Below are positions 1-11,227 of a DNA stretch of 39,997 bases, in pieces. The notes beneath the pieces are model-generated. The model had not been told where the DNA came from and made no database searches. It saw nothing but the letters and a program-made list of their open reading frames with translations. The stretch covers positions 118,833,962 through 118,873,958 of the forward strand of contig NC_068981.1 in assembly GCF_001194135.2 (NCBI RefSeq). Direction: 5' to 3'. The position numbers and the translations under genes are program-made. Position 1 is the first letter of the stretch. Each line of letters begins with the position of its first letter. This DNA comes from Octopus bimaculoides (Eukaryota).

Positions 1-315
1 GTGCATATCTTCTTTCACTGTTTGTGACTGTTCTAATTCAACTGTGGAATGTCCCTCGCTATGGTTATTTTCCAGGAGGTTCTGGCCACACGTCTTACGG
101 TTCATCAACCCGCGTTGTTGAATTACTTTCTTCAGACATACCTTCCCTTGGTGGATTAGGATCCAGTTAGCTCAAGACATCATCAGGAGGAACCACGTCC
201 GGTTTCGGCCCCTACTTATGCTCCGAATTTCTGTGTTCTGAGTTCAAATCCCATCACAACTTACATGGATTGAGAACCTAATTCGTGGCCCGGTTTAACA
301 TCACCGCCTGGATGA

Positions 316-365
316 CTAGCGATGGTTACCTACGAGGAAAGCCATTGACGTCATTGGCTTCCCTC
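316..365 (-). mobile_element. Helitron 3' terminus (subterminal hairpin + CTAG|T)
   Basis: The minus strand reads GAGGGAAGCCA-ATGACGTCAA-TGGCTTTCCTC (11-bp stem with one G:T pair, 334-365), then a 14-nt spacer, CTAG (319-316) and T. This is the established Helitron end and A|T target signature. Confidence 0.75.
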
Positions 366-2097
366 ATAGACAAAGAAAAATAATAAATTGGTTGAAAATC
401 AACTTGATCTGAACGTGTGACAGGCGGATGGACAGAAAAATACGATCATTATTATATAGTTTATCTTATTTGGTAGTGGTTTGTTTTCTGTCACCTGCAT
501 TGCAGTACAATATCATTTTGTATATATCTTGCTTTCTAATAAATTATATCCTCTAATAATTAAGATTGAATTAGTTTGTATTTATAATGGATCCCCAGTC
601 CTTAATCTAGTTCATATTCATCAGTAACTATCTGTTTTAATGTTACAGTCTGTCATTTTTTGGCATTTTGTCCTTCTTGTGTATTGTACTGTAATGTTAT
701 ATTATATATGTAGTCATTTGTTAGAAATTTCGTTGTGCAGTCGTGTTAGTGTTATATTGGAAGATGATTCTGTTAATGTTATTTTTGTCACTGTTACGTT
801 ATCAATGTTATTTTATTGTAAATTGCATGTTTGTGTTTTAACTTTAAGTCCTTGATGTATTTTCTGTAAATATTTATCGTATTCATATGAGGTTATGTTT
901 ACTCTTGCGACTTGTTTTGCTAAGTTTCCATTGTATTGAATTAATTGTTTGCATTTTGTTTGGTTAATATTCCATTGTATTGTTAAATGGTAGTGGAACT
1001 GAAATCCTATGAAGCTACTGCTGTGATTGTTAATTTAGGATGTTATATAGTTAAAATCAGTTTTCACGGTATAGCTCTGCTTGCTTAAATCTTTGCATGC
1101 TTATATTTATATTGTTGTTCGAACTACATTCTTTGCCTTCGTTGTTGTTCATGTATGCCTCTGTCGATCGCTCTGTTTTGTGTTACATTATTTGATGTAA
1201 CTAACTTCTTTTCGTTTTCTGTATTGTTCTATGACGTTATTTGGCTTATTTTCGTTTCATCTAAATTATTTCTTATATTGTTCTTGTTATATCATCGTTA
1301 GATGCATTTTTAGTATACGTGATTTGTCCACTGTATTTGTATTTGTTGATATCTATCTGCTGATTTTAGGCCATGTAAATGTATTAGATTTTGTCCCCTT
1401 GTTTATTTTACTATGTAGTTGGTTTCATTAGTTATGAATTTCGTTGTCCAGCCTTTGTAATGTTAGAAGAACATTCAAACAATTTTGCTTCTGTACTTGC
1501 TGTCGTTTTAGTGTTCTTGTATTATCAGATGTATTTGTCTGCGGCGACCTACTGTGATTGCCTTCATCTTATATACCATAAAATTTTGTTCACCGGCCGT
1601 TTTCTTTTACTTAGTGTTGTTTCATTACTATTCTGTAGACTGGTTTGCATTTTTGTAATATCTTTCGTAATAGTGTCCTTTGAGGTAATCGTTTTCATAT
1701 CTCATAGTTTGTCAGAAACTTATTGGAGTGAAATTTATGTCTCTTGGTGTTTATTTGGATTGTTGCTTTGATGTTTCATGAGATACATTCTCATTTTTTT
1801 AAACATATTCGTAGATCTGAAATGAACTACTAGAGATTGTTATTCATTATAAGTTGTATTAACTGTGTATTCGTTTTAGATATAAAATCTTGACTCCATG
1901 GTAGTTGTAATACATGCTTATATTCATGTTGGCTCTACTTGTCTTGCCTGTGCCTTTCTTTCTGCTTTCTTCCATTTTGTAACTGTATCATATTTTATCC
2001 AACTTGAGCAAAGGTAGTGTGCTGTAATGTTACGCATATCCTTATTTGACAGAAGTTTCCTTATCCACCTTTCGTAATGCAATACTGTGCGTTGCGT

Positions 2098-2311
2098 AAT
2101 GCGGCGTGCTGGCAGAATCGTTTGCTCGCCGGGCGAAATGGTTAGCGATATTTCGTCTGTCATTATGTTCTGAGTTCAAATTCTGCCGAGGTCGACTTTG
2201 CCTTTCATCCTTTCGGGGTCGATAAATTAAGTACCAGTTGCGTACTGGGGTAGATCTTATCGGCTGGCCCCCTCCCCCAAAATTTCGGGCCTTCTGCCTA
2301 GGGTGGAAAAG
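2098..2311 (+). mobile_element. tRNA-derived SINE, family A (full length), nested in Helitron cargo
   Basis: Head GCGGCGTGCTGGCAGAATCG and B-box GAGTTCAAATTC; matches 6 other copies in the window. 17-bp TSD AATACTGTGCGTTGCGT (2081-2097) / AATATTGTGCGTTCCGT (2312-2328). Confidence 0.92.
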
Positions 2312-2619
2312 AATATTGTGCGTTCCGTCATTGTTTCTTTATCCAAGTTGTTTCATCATTAATTATTGTCATTATGTGGTAGTCATGTATCGTCATGTAT
2401 CGTCATTTTCTGAGAAGATTAACTGTATTCATATAAAGTCATGTATATCTTTATGTCTAGTTTTGTTAGTATTCAAATACGTTGAAGTTTTCGTTTAACC
2501 TATCATTTTGGAAAGCGTTCTTTTATATGTCTCAATCTCTTTCGTTTTGTTACATTGTAAATGTGATGTTCGATAGCATATTTCATCCATTTCTTAAAAT
2601 CTTTATTTCTCCATTCCTG

Positions 2620-2754
2620 ATTAAAAGAAAACATTGACCTACGAAGAACAAGAAGACACATGTAACATAGCAAAAATCTATGTCCTTGTATTGTAGATTT
2701 ATGCTATGTTACATGTGTCCTCTTGTTCTTCGTAGGTCAATGTATTCTTTTAAT
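2620..2754. repeat. 61-bp inverted repeat (fold-back) with 13-nt loop
   Basis: 2620-2680 is the reverse complement of 2694-2754 with 3 mismatches (2630/2744, 2654/2720, 2673/2701). Confidence 0.97.
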
Positions 2755-3189
2755 TACATTGTTGGTAGTGTAGTTGTACCAATGGCAATCTTTGTTTTAG
2801 CTGAAGTTCTTTTGCCTGCAATGAACGTATGGTTTATTACTAATAGTTGTTATTAATGTTTAATATTTGATCCCCATGTTAGTGGAGAATTACTTGCACG
2901 TCATTTGTAAGAGTTAATTAGTGTTAAAGAACTGAGTATAATTTACGAAATTGAATTTTACAAATTGATATGAATTAATAAAATTTCAATACAGTGAAAA
3001 GAAACGAAGCATATTTACCTGAATGAAGAACTGTAGTGAAATTTATGTTAATTATAAGTTTGATGCATCGTCTATCGGTTGTTTACTTTGATAAGGTTAT
3101 TATGTACAGTTTATTTCATTGTTGAGAATATTTTTCCTCCACTGGCAATCTTTGTTCTTAATCCTTCTACTACGATTGTATTATTTCTT

Positions 3190-5800
3190 TGTAAAGTTTG
3201 TCAGAAGTTTGGCCTTATGCTTTATTTATTATCATTGCCATTATTAATTATTTAATGGGAATTTCTTGACTGATTAATGTAAATGGTAATTCCTTAAACA
3301 AAGGGTAACAATTTTACCGTGATGACGGCCTTTCACTTATAATATTTGCCTCAATTTAATTTCTTTTCTGGACTATCTAAAGGTGAACAGTTACATCCTT
3401 TCACTTGTTCAACAGTATGTGGCAAAATAATACAGTATTAGCCTCCAGTAACATCAATATTTGTTATGACATAGCGTATTTAAATTATTCTGGTGTAAGT
3501 TTTGAATTATTATCTCTATTTGAACATTGATCATGACAAAACAGTATTGTTGTATCTCTTGAAAATGGTTCACTATTAGATTTTGAAAATGTTTCACTAG
3601 CATTAGATTTTGAGGCGCGCTAAAACGATTATCTAAAAAAATCTTTCGAGCTTATCAATGATTTCCTTCATGACATTTATAAAAAAATATTGACGAAATC
3701 ATATATATGTACGTAAATTTGAAAGCCGTTACACCTTTCAGTGATATTGATTTTTTTTATAATTTCAGAACCATGCGTTGTTTTAGTTTCAGAGCCAAAG
3801 TTGTTGAATTCAGTTTTTTTTCTACTCTGAATTCTATGTATATGATTTGAGTAACATATCTTCTGTTAGCGTTACCAGAGGCATTGCAACAAAGGCTTAG
3901 TGAAAGTGACATAGAAAAATCTTTCTTTTGTTGCCGCTGTTAATTACAGCTAATTTCTGCAATGTTCAAGCCATCGATCTAGAATTTTCTTTTTTTTTTT
4001 TTATCAGATCTCTGAATGTTTTTTCCAATGCTTCTTCAAGGTAACGATGGAATATGGGCAATTCATCTAGAATAATATCATCATGAACGATATAAAGCAC
4101 TTTCTTAGTATGGTAATATTGCAACCCTATTAATTTGGTGGACCGAGCAAATGAGGAACTTGCTTTTGAAATAATATTATACAGAAATGGTTTCCCTAAT
4201 CCACCTGATACATCAATGAAAAAATGCAATGTTACATTTTTGCTGAAATTGCTTGTTTAAATACTTGAAAAACTGTTTGGTAAGATTTAGTTTTTGAAGA
4301 TTTTCGCTAAAGATACTTATCTTGACATCCATTTGCAAATCTCTAACTTCTTGAAGATTTTTCTGGTAAATAAGTTTGATGTTGTTGTAGTGAATACTGG
4401 ATTAATGTTGATTCGTTTTCTAGCAAGAAAAGTATAATTTAATTTTCTACAATATATTCATATCTTCGAAGAATTACTTTTCAAGAACTGTAAATAATTT
4501 GTTGGGTTGGTTGGGAAAGATTCTAATAAAGACAAAGCTAGCAGAAAAGTCTTCATAGTTGGTGCATTGTCACAGAAACGTGCACAACCTTCATTGTCTA
4601 ATAATATCACTATCATTGTGTGTAAAACCAATTTTATTGTAGACCCTTTGTTAGTAGAAAAACTTCATATCTTTGAATAATGCATTTCCTGGTATTTGAT
4701 ACAAGAGAGATCTTAGATAAAACCACACTTGAAACTAATTATATACGTCCGATGAAGTGGATGTCATTTTCTCATTCCACTTTTCGTTGCTTTTAGCTGT
4801 CGAATAATGTTCTAAGAAATCAGAGTAGCAGATAGTGTATGCTTTTAATGATGTAGCAATTCTAGATTAACTCATTCAGTTAGAGTTGACTTGACATTGC
4901 TTACTATAATCTTTTCAATCTCAATTCCTTCGTCATTAACGCAAACCTATTGCTGCACCTCTAAAGGAACCATTAGCTGTTGCACCGATGGACATGAATC
5001 ATGTCATTTAAACGTACACATCTTCCACAACGCTTCTGATGCTTTTAATTTATTGGCCATTAATATAATTAGCACTTTCATCACTATTAGATTGTAGTTG
5101 CTGTTTGTTGGTTTGTCGTTTCATACTCACTGTCATGCGATCAATAACTTTATGAATATACTTACTGATATACTTCACTGATTCAAGTTTCACATATCTC
5201 TACATTGCAGTTATTACGATATTTAATAGTGGAATGCAGAGAATATGCTTCTACTGATCAATTATCCAATTCTATGGAGGATTCTTAACTTAGACACAAT
5301 ACCACGATGCCTGTTTTATGGATAGTCGTTATGGCTTTGCACTTTAGTTTCCAAGAATTCTTTATATTTCCTATTAACCATATTTAAAATACTGGATAAT
5401 TCTGCATATACAAAGCTGTCATAATCCATTCAATATGATTAACATATAGCTGTGGAGTAGGTCATGTTTCTGAATCTCTGTAATTCACATAAAATTTGAA
5501 GTTTCTCCAGTATATCACGTAAACGATCCTCATTCAAGTTTCGTATGAAAAATTTTATTTCTTGAATCCCATTCATCAGCTGCTGGTAGATCAAATTCAA
5601 CAGATCTACCAGTTGAATCTAGAAGCAGTTAATCTGTGATTCCTTCCCAGTTACGACCACTGGAGCAAGTAACAAAGAAATCTAGTTTCCCAAACGTTTT
5701 TACAATTGCCATAGAATTTTGTTACAGGTTTTACATCCACCCTGGGTCTCCTACGAAGACTGAAGTTATGACTGTTTGCTTTCCATTATTTGACGCGTCT
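3190..5800 (-). pseudogene. Helitron RepHel (HUH Rep + PIF1 helicase) pseudogene with many stops and frameshifts
   Basis: Hand translation of the minus strand. Rep motif 1 region VFVGDPGWM*NL*QNSMAIVKTFGKLDFFVT (~5665-5760); motif 2 IQKHDLLHSYMLIIL (5431-5475, cf. FQKRGLPHxH); motif 3 VKYISKYIHK (5149-5178); ASEALWKM. Walker A FFIDVSGGLGKPFLYN and Walker B IILDELPIFHRYLEEALEKTFRDL (ORF 3966-4229); C-terminal LPFTLISQEIPIK*LIMAMIINKA*GQT (~3200-3290). All occur in the expected order. Confidence 0.93.
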
Positions 5801-5860
5801 AAATTTATGTATTTTTAAATATTTTGGTATAATTCAACTTTATTTTTTTTAACAGTGAGT

Positions 5861-6052
5861 AAGACGGTAAGCTGGCAGAATCGTTATCGCGCCGGACGAA
5901 AATGCTTAGCGGCATTTCACCCGTCTTTTCGCTCTGAGTTCAAATTCTGCCAAGGTCGACTTTACTTTTCATCCTTTCGGGTTGATAAAATGAATACCAG
6001 CCATGCACCGGGCCCGAAATTTCTGGCCTTGTACCAAAACTTGAAACCAATA
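5861..6052 (+). mobile_element. tRNA-derived SINE, family A (internally deleted)
   Basis: AAGACGGTAAGCTGGCAGAATCG...GAGTTCAAATTC...GGCCTTGTACCAAAACTTGAAACC, homologous to the other family A copies. Confidence 0.88.
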
Positions 6053-6695
6053 TCTTATCCATTCCGCTTGGTTTCCAGAGAAGTTAAAATATATGAAATC
6101 ATTTTCCAAAATAAAATCATAAGTCAATATTTTTGTAAGCTATTTGTATAATTTATAAGTTTTTCTTGTGACTCTATATAAGAAGGTCTGCAAACGTCGA
6201 ATATAAATTTAAGAACTATATTGTTCGAAACTAACTGAAAAGAAATCTAATACGAAAAAATCTAAAAGAAAAAAAGTTAAGCTTGAACACAGCTGTGAAT
6301 TAGATGAAATTTGCATTAAAGTGCATGTGCTTACATTGTAATACAGATGATTTATATGCTAAACAGCATTGTTTGCATAATTTGATATGAAGGTTAAACC
6401 TTCTTAATAAATTTACTTCTTAGCATTGTAATGAGAAGTAAATAAACTGGTTACACGAAAGACTTTAATCTTAAAAGTTAATCGTCTCGTTGTGAGATGC
6501 ATATTCTTTGTCAGTTGAATGTTAAACAAGTCTAGGATTTATCTTATTGATCCATTTTCTGCACACGAAAACAGAAACAGAAACTGTAGTATAATCGCTT
6601 CACCACTTTATATACTTCTGACAGTGAGACAAAATTATGTAGACGGAAAGGAGCCAAATTATATAAAGTTGTGTTGTACATATCAACTTAAAAAG

Positions 6696-6744
<49 letters not shown>

Positions 6745-6764
6745 TGATTGATAGATAGATAGAT
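6696..6764. repeat. (GATA)n microsatellite
   Basis: Direct reading. Confidence 0.98.
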
Positions 6765-6959
6765 TATCAGTTGTCCATAAACAAGAAACAAAAGCACGCT
6801 CAAAATAAGTAATAGAGCGTGTGTAGTTTTATATCCTTAAACAATATATTACTGGTTATGATATAAAACTGGTCAGAATGTTATTGTCACTTTCACATCA
6901 AATATTACCACTTGACAATAGTCACGACTTTTCAGATATACAAGTCGGACACGCACTTT

Positions 6960-6981
6960 ACACACACACAAACACACACAC

Positions 6982-7017
<36 letters not shown>

Positions 7018-7120
7018 ATTCATATATATATATATATATAAACTTGAATACAATATGATTTTGACTTCAACTAAAACAGACTAATTTCGTTAAAGATTAT
7101 ATATATATATATATATATGT
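6960..7120. repeat. (CA)n and (TA)n microsatellites abutting a gap
   Basis: Direct reading. Confidence 0.95.
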
Positions 7121-8010
7121 NNNNNNNNNNNNNNNNNNNNNNNNNNNNNNNNNNNNNNNNNNNNNNNNNNNNNNNNNNNNNNNNNNNNNNNNNNNNNNNN
7201 NNNNNNNNNNNNNNNNNNNNNNNNNNNNNNNNNNNNNNNNNNNNNNNNNNNNNNNNNNNNNNNNNNNNNNNNNNNNNNNNNNNNNNNNNNNNNNNNNNNN
7301 NNNNNNNNNNNNNNNNNNNNNNNNNNNNNNNNNNNNNNNNNNNNNNNNNNNNNNNNNNNNNNNNNNNNNNNNNNNNNNNNNNNNNNNNNNNNNNNNNNNN
7401 NNNNNNNNNNNNNNNNNNNNNNNNNNNNNNNNNNNNNNNNNNNNNNNNNNNNNNNNNNNNNNNNNNNNNNNNNNNNNNNNNNNNNNNNNNNNNNNNNNNN
7501 NNNNNNNNNNNNNNNNNNNNNNNNNNNNNNNNNNNNNNNNNNNNNNNNNNNNNNNNNNNNNNNNNNNNNNNNNNNNNNNNNNNNNNNNNNNNNNNNNNNN
7601 NNNNNNNNNNNNNNNNNNNNNNNNNNNNNNNNNNNNNNNNNNNNNNNNNNNNNNNNNNNNNNNNNNNNNNNNNNNNNNNNNNNNNNNNNNNNNNNNNNNN
7701 NNNNNNNNNNNNNNNNNNNNNNNNNNNNNNNNNNNNNNNNNNNNNNNNNNNNNNNNNNNNNNNNNNNNNNNNNNNNNNNNNNNNNNNNNNNNNNNNNNNN
7801 NNNNNNNNNNNNNNNNNNNNNNNNNNNNNNNNNNNNNNNNNNNNNNNNNNNNNNNNNNNNNNNNNNNNNNNNNNNNNNNNNNNNNNNNNNNNNNNNNNNN
7901 NNNNNNNNNNNNNNNNNNNNNNNNNNNNNNNNNNNNNNNNNNNNNNNNNNNNNNNNNNNNNNNNNNNNNNNNNNNNNNNNNNNNNNNNNNNNNNNNNNNN
8001 NNNNNNNNNN
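7121..8010. other. Assembly gap (N)
   Basis: Run of N. Confidence 1.
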
Positions 8011-8263
8011 GTGAAGTTATATCTCTTCTCCTAATGTGACAAATGCTCATAAATTTTTTGTGAAGGCCTACTAAAATAAATACAGAACTTGTACATAAAA
8101 TTGTATTAAATTCAAAAACTGATGAGATAGTTGACTACATACAAAATGCTTTAAATACATAAATATAGAAAAATAATTCCTACACAAAAGGATATAGAGG
8201 AATCAGACATTTTTTCAACTTTCAAGACAATACCATTAGATTTACAATAAACCCTCAGTTTTA

Positions 8264-8475
8264 AGGCGGCGATCTGGCAGAAACTTTAGCACGCCGGGCG
8301 ATATGGTTAGCAGTATTTCGTCTGTCTTTATGCTCTGAGTTCAAATTCCACCGAGGTCAATTTTACCTTTCATCTTTTATGAGTCGATAAATTAAGTACC
8401 AGTTGCATACTGGGTCGATCTAATCGACTGGTCTCCTCCCCAAAAGTTTTGAGCCTTGTGCCTAGAGTAGAAAAG
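8264..8475 (+). mobile_element. tRNA-derived SINE, family A (full length)
   Basis: Full head, body and tail. Perfect 13-bp TSD ACCCTCAGTTTTA at 8251-8263 and 8476-8488. Confidence 0.95.
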
Positions 8476-8649
8476 ACCCTCAGTTTTACAACTTTTACGT
8501 TTCTTTTAGCATCATTCAAGAATTTACATGCAAATGTCAGTTAGTTTCTTGATTTCAGGCGCTACAATGAAGATACTGTTTTCAAATTCTTTAGTTTATT
8601 ACATCGACACTAATACATATTTTCTAGTATTTATTTTATAAACCCAGTG

Positions 8650-9197
8650 ACGGAAAAATCATCGCCGGCCTGAAGTGACGTAAAACCAAATTGCACCTAT
8701 TTGGTAAATCACACGCCTACTCACATACATAAGGTGGAAGATTCCCGTCAAAACTTCAGTCAAATGTAAACATAACAGGCCGGATATTGTTGTTTGGAAC
8801 AGAGGAGCAAAGATATGTAGCGTCATAGAGGTCAGCTGCCCTGCAGATATAAATATTTCTTTGAAAATCAAAGAAAAAGAGGATATCTATGGACAACTGC
8901 TTCGAAACCTCCAGCTTCTATATCCAGACTATGAATTCATATTCATACCAATAATAATTGGAGCACTAGGTTTTCGTTAATAAATGCTTAAAGGAGAATC
9001 TGGATAAATTGGGATATTCAGAAAGAGAAATCGAGCGGCTATTTCATACATTACAAGTGCAATCTGTGAGTGGAACAGTAAAAATATGCAAGACTTTTCT
9101 CAAGTTCTAAATGTGAATTTGTCTGTAAAAACCGACTCCCTCCTCAGTGGAAAATTTATATAATTAAAAATAGAAGAGACATACATACATACATACA
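8650..9197 (+). mobile_element. 5'-truncated R4/Dong-clade non-LTR retrotransposon 3' end (restriction-like endonuclease domain)
   Basis: 8735-8980 translates WKIPVKTSVKCKHNRPDIVVWNRGAKICSVIEVSCPADINISLKIKEKEDIYGQLLRNLQLLYPDYEFIFIPIIIGALG (PD..E RLE motif). A frameshifted C-terminus stops at 9108-9110; a short 3'UTR ends in (CATA)n at 9180-9197. Confidence 0.88.
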
Positions 9198-9620
9198 ATG
9201 AATTATTGTACTGTTTCCATTTAAATTTCATCCACAAGGTATTGGCCAAAATAAGGCTTTACTACAAGACCTTTGACAAGATACCGAGTTATCGAATCGA
9301 ACCTGGGCAACCTTTTTTGCGTACTACACTTCTTAAAGATACAGCAACACATATGGAAACGTTCTACTTACTTTACTTCGATCTATAATGCATTTCTGTT
9401 CATACATCTTTAACCCATTTCTTCTAAAATATATACATTTTTCGCATTTTTCTGACCTTCCCACCTTGTTTTTCATATCAAGACAATGTTCATCCACATG
9501 CCAACATGCATACACTCACACATATTTATGAATATTCATATATGTATGTGTATATATATACATATTTGTGTGTAAATGTATGTGTGTTCGTAAGGTTATA
9601 TTTTTAATATTTCTCGTGAA

Positions 9621-9840
9621 TAAGGGGAAGAGCTTACAGAAAAGTTACCGCGCCGGGAAAACTGCTTAGCGGCATTTCGTCTATCTTTAAATTCAGAGTT
9701 CAAATTCCGCCGGCATTGACTTTCTTTTTCATCCTTTTGGGATCGATAAACTATGTACCTGTTGATAACTGGGGTCAATGCTATCGACTTACCTCCTCGC
9801 CCGTAATTGCTGGCCTTGCACCAAATTTTGAAATCAGTAT
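9621..9840 (+). mobile_element. tRNA-derived SINE, family A (diverged)
   Basis: Homologous head, B-box GAGTTCAAATTCCGCC, tail GGCCTTGCACCAAATTTTGAAATC. Confidence 0.85.
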
Positions 9841-10525
9841 TTCTCATGAATCGAGAAAGAGTTAGTTCCAAACTCAAGAACCAGGCTTTGTCATTGGGAT
9901 TTAAGAAGCCAGTATGTTTGCATGTATGTGTAAATGTGTCAGCCTGCGAATATGAATGTACCCATACACGAATATATGACATGTCTAAAAAAAGTACGTT
10001 TATTCGCACAAGCAGAACTTCTAGAATGATTTACATACTTTCAATACTGTATTTCTAATTGCAAAAGTAATTTTGTAATTAACAGGCTATTCCCTGTCTA
10101 GTTTTGGGAAGCTGAACTTCTCAAGATAAGTGGTAAGGTTTTTTTTCATTTTATTTGGTAATATATTTCTGTTACTGTGCACATTTATTTTCTCCAATGC
10201 AAAATCACTGTGTCTGATCTATTTTACTTAAATGTTACAAACATTTTGAAAGGAACAGTGCACAGACACTCTTTCATTTGTAACTTCTTATATAGGTATA
10301 TATGAATATATATTTGTTTGTATATTAGTAAGCACGAATACGTAGTTATTGTATGTATTACAATGATCTGTTGTTTCGATCATTTCATTAGAAGCGGATT
10401 ATTGATTAATTCTATTATATATTGCAGTTAGTGAACATTAGTTTCGTTATCTTCATGTTTCCAACGAGTTAAACGGTAGTTTGTTCTGTTTTAGACGGCG
10501 TGAGAAACAGAAGTGTGTCGATATA

Positions 10526-10743
10526 CAAGGAGGTGCTGAAAAGTTTCTGGCTTTAACAGTATCGCGAAAAACTTGCTTGCAGGCCCAACATTCCAAGTCC
10601 TTTTAGAGAGCTTAGAAAAACTGAAGGAGCGCTGCAATAAGTGTGTGAATCTGAGAGGAGAATATATTTTATAACATCATAATTAACTGATCCTCCTGTA
10701 TTTCCTTATACCCAAAAGCCAGGAGCTTTTCAGCTCCTCCTCG
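10526..10743. mobile_element. Mariner-derived MITE (218 bp)
   Basis: 29-bp TIRs CAAGGAGGTGCTGAAAAGTTTCTGGCTTT (25/29 match), TA at both flanks (10524-25, 10744-45). The internal sequence encodes a mariner C-terminus-like LEKLKERCNKCVNLRGEYI. Confidence 0.85.
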
Positions 10744-11227
10744 TAGAATAAATTTCACAGCGGTCTCAATTTTCGAATTTAACTTCGTTTTCTACTTCTT
10801 TCATTAAAAGATACGTACTCACACACACTTACACACACGGACACGCACAAATGCACAATGATGGTGTAAACGGACTCGAGCTGGGTAATGTGCTGTTTAG
10901 CTATATATAGTGAAGGAACAATCATGCATTACTCCAAATGGTTAGAATTAAATCATCTCTTTTCGGAACAACATAATTGAGAAACAGCTGGCTAACAATT
11001 GCGGTTATTCTATCAGGGAAGAAAATAAATTGGAACTGTTTCAGCCAATTCGTACATTTCTAAGGGTAATTTAAATTTACATGTTCTCCCTTCTTTCTAT
11101 GAATCTAATAAACTGAGAACTAAAATAACTTTCTCCAAATCAAATATTTCCTCCAAACATTCACTACAGACACCTAACAACTTCTAACTCTATTTCCTTT
11201 TCTCTTTCTTTTTTAACTGTTTACTCC

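Larger units (their letters stand above)
316..5800 (-). mobile_element. Decayed autonomous-type Helitron; 3' end at 316, 5' end not identified (above 5800)
   Basis: RepHel remnant on the minus strand at 3190-5800 and a canonical Helitron 3' end on the same strand at 316-365. The intervening DNA keeps the same A-rich minus-strand bias. That the end and RepHel belong to one element is inference. Confidence 0.6.

Noticed and set aside
640-1771. Hydrophobic plus-strand ORFs that look like membrane proteins
   Set aside because: They arise from the T-rich antisense of an A-rich minus strand; no family motif, and several have non-ATG starts.
1829-1833. Alternative Helitron end CTAG|T on the minus strand
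   Set aside because: No GC-rich hairpin 10-15 nt upstream, unlike 316-365.
10086-10132. AG...GTAAG-bounded exon candidate
   Set aside because: All three frames contain stops, so it cannot be supported as coding.
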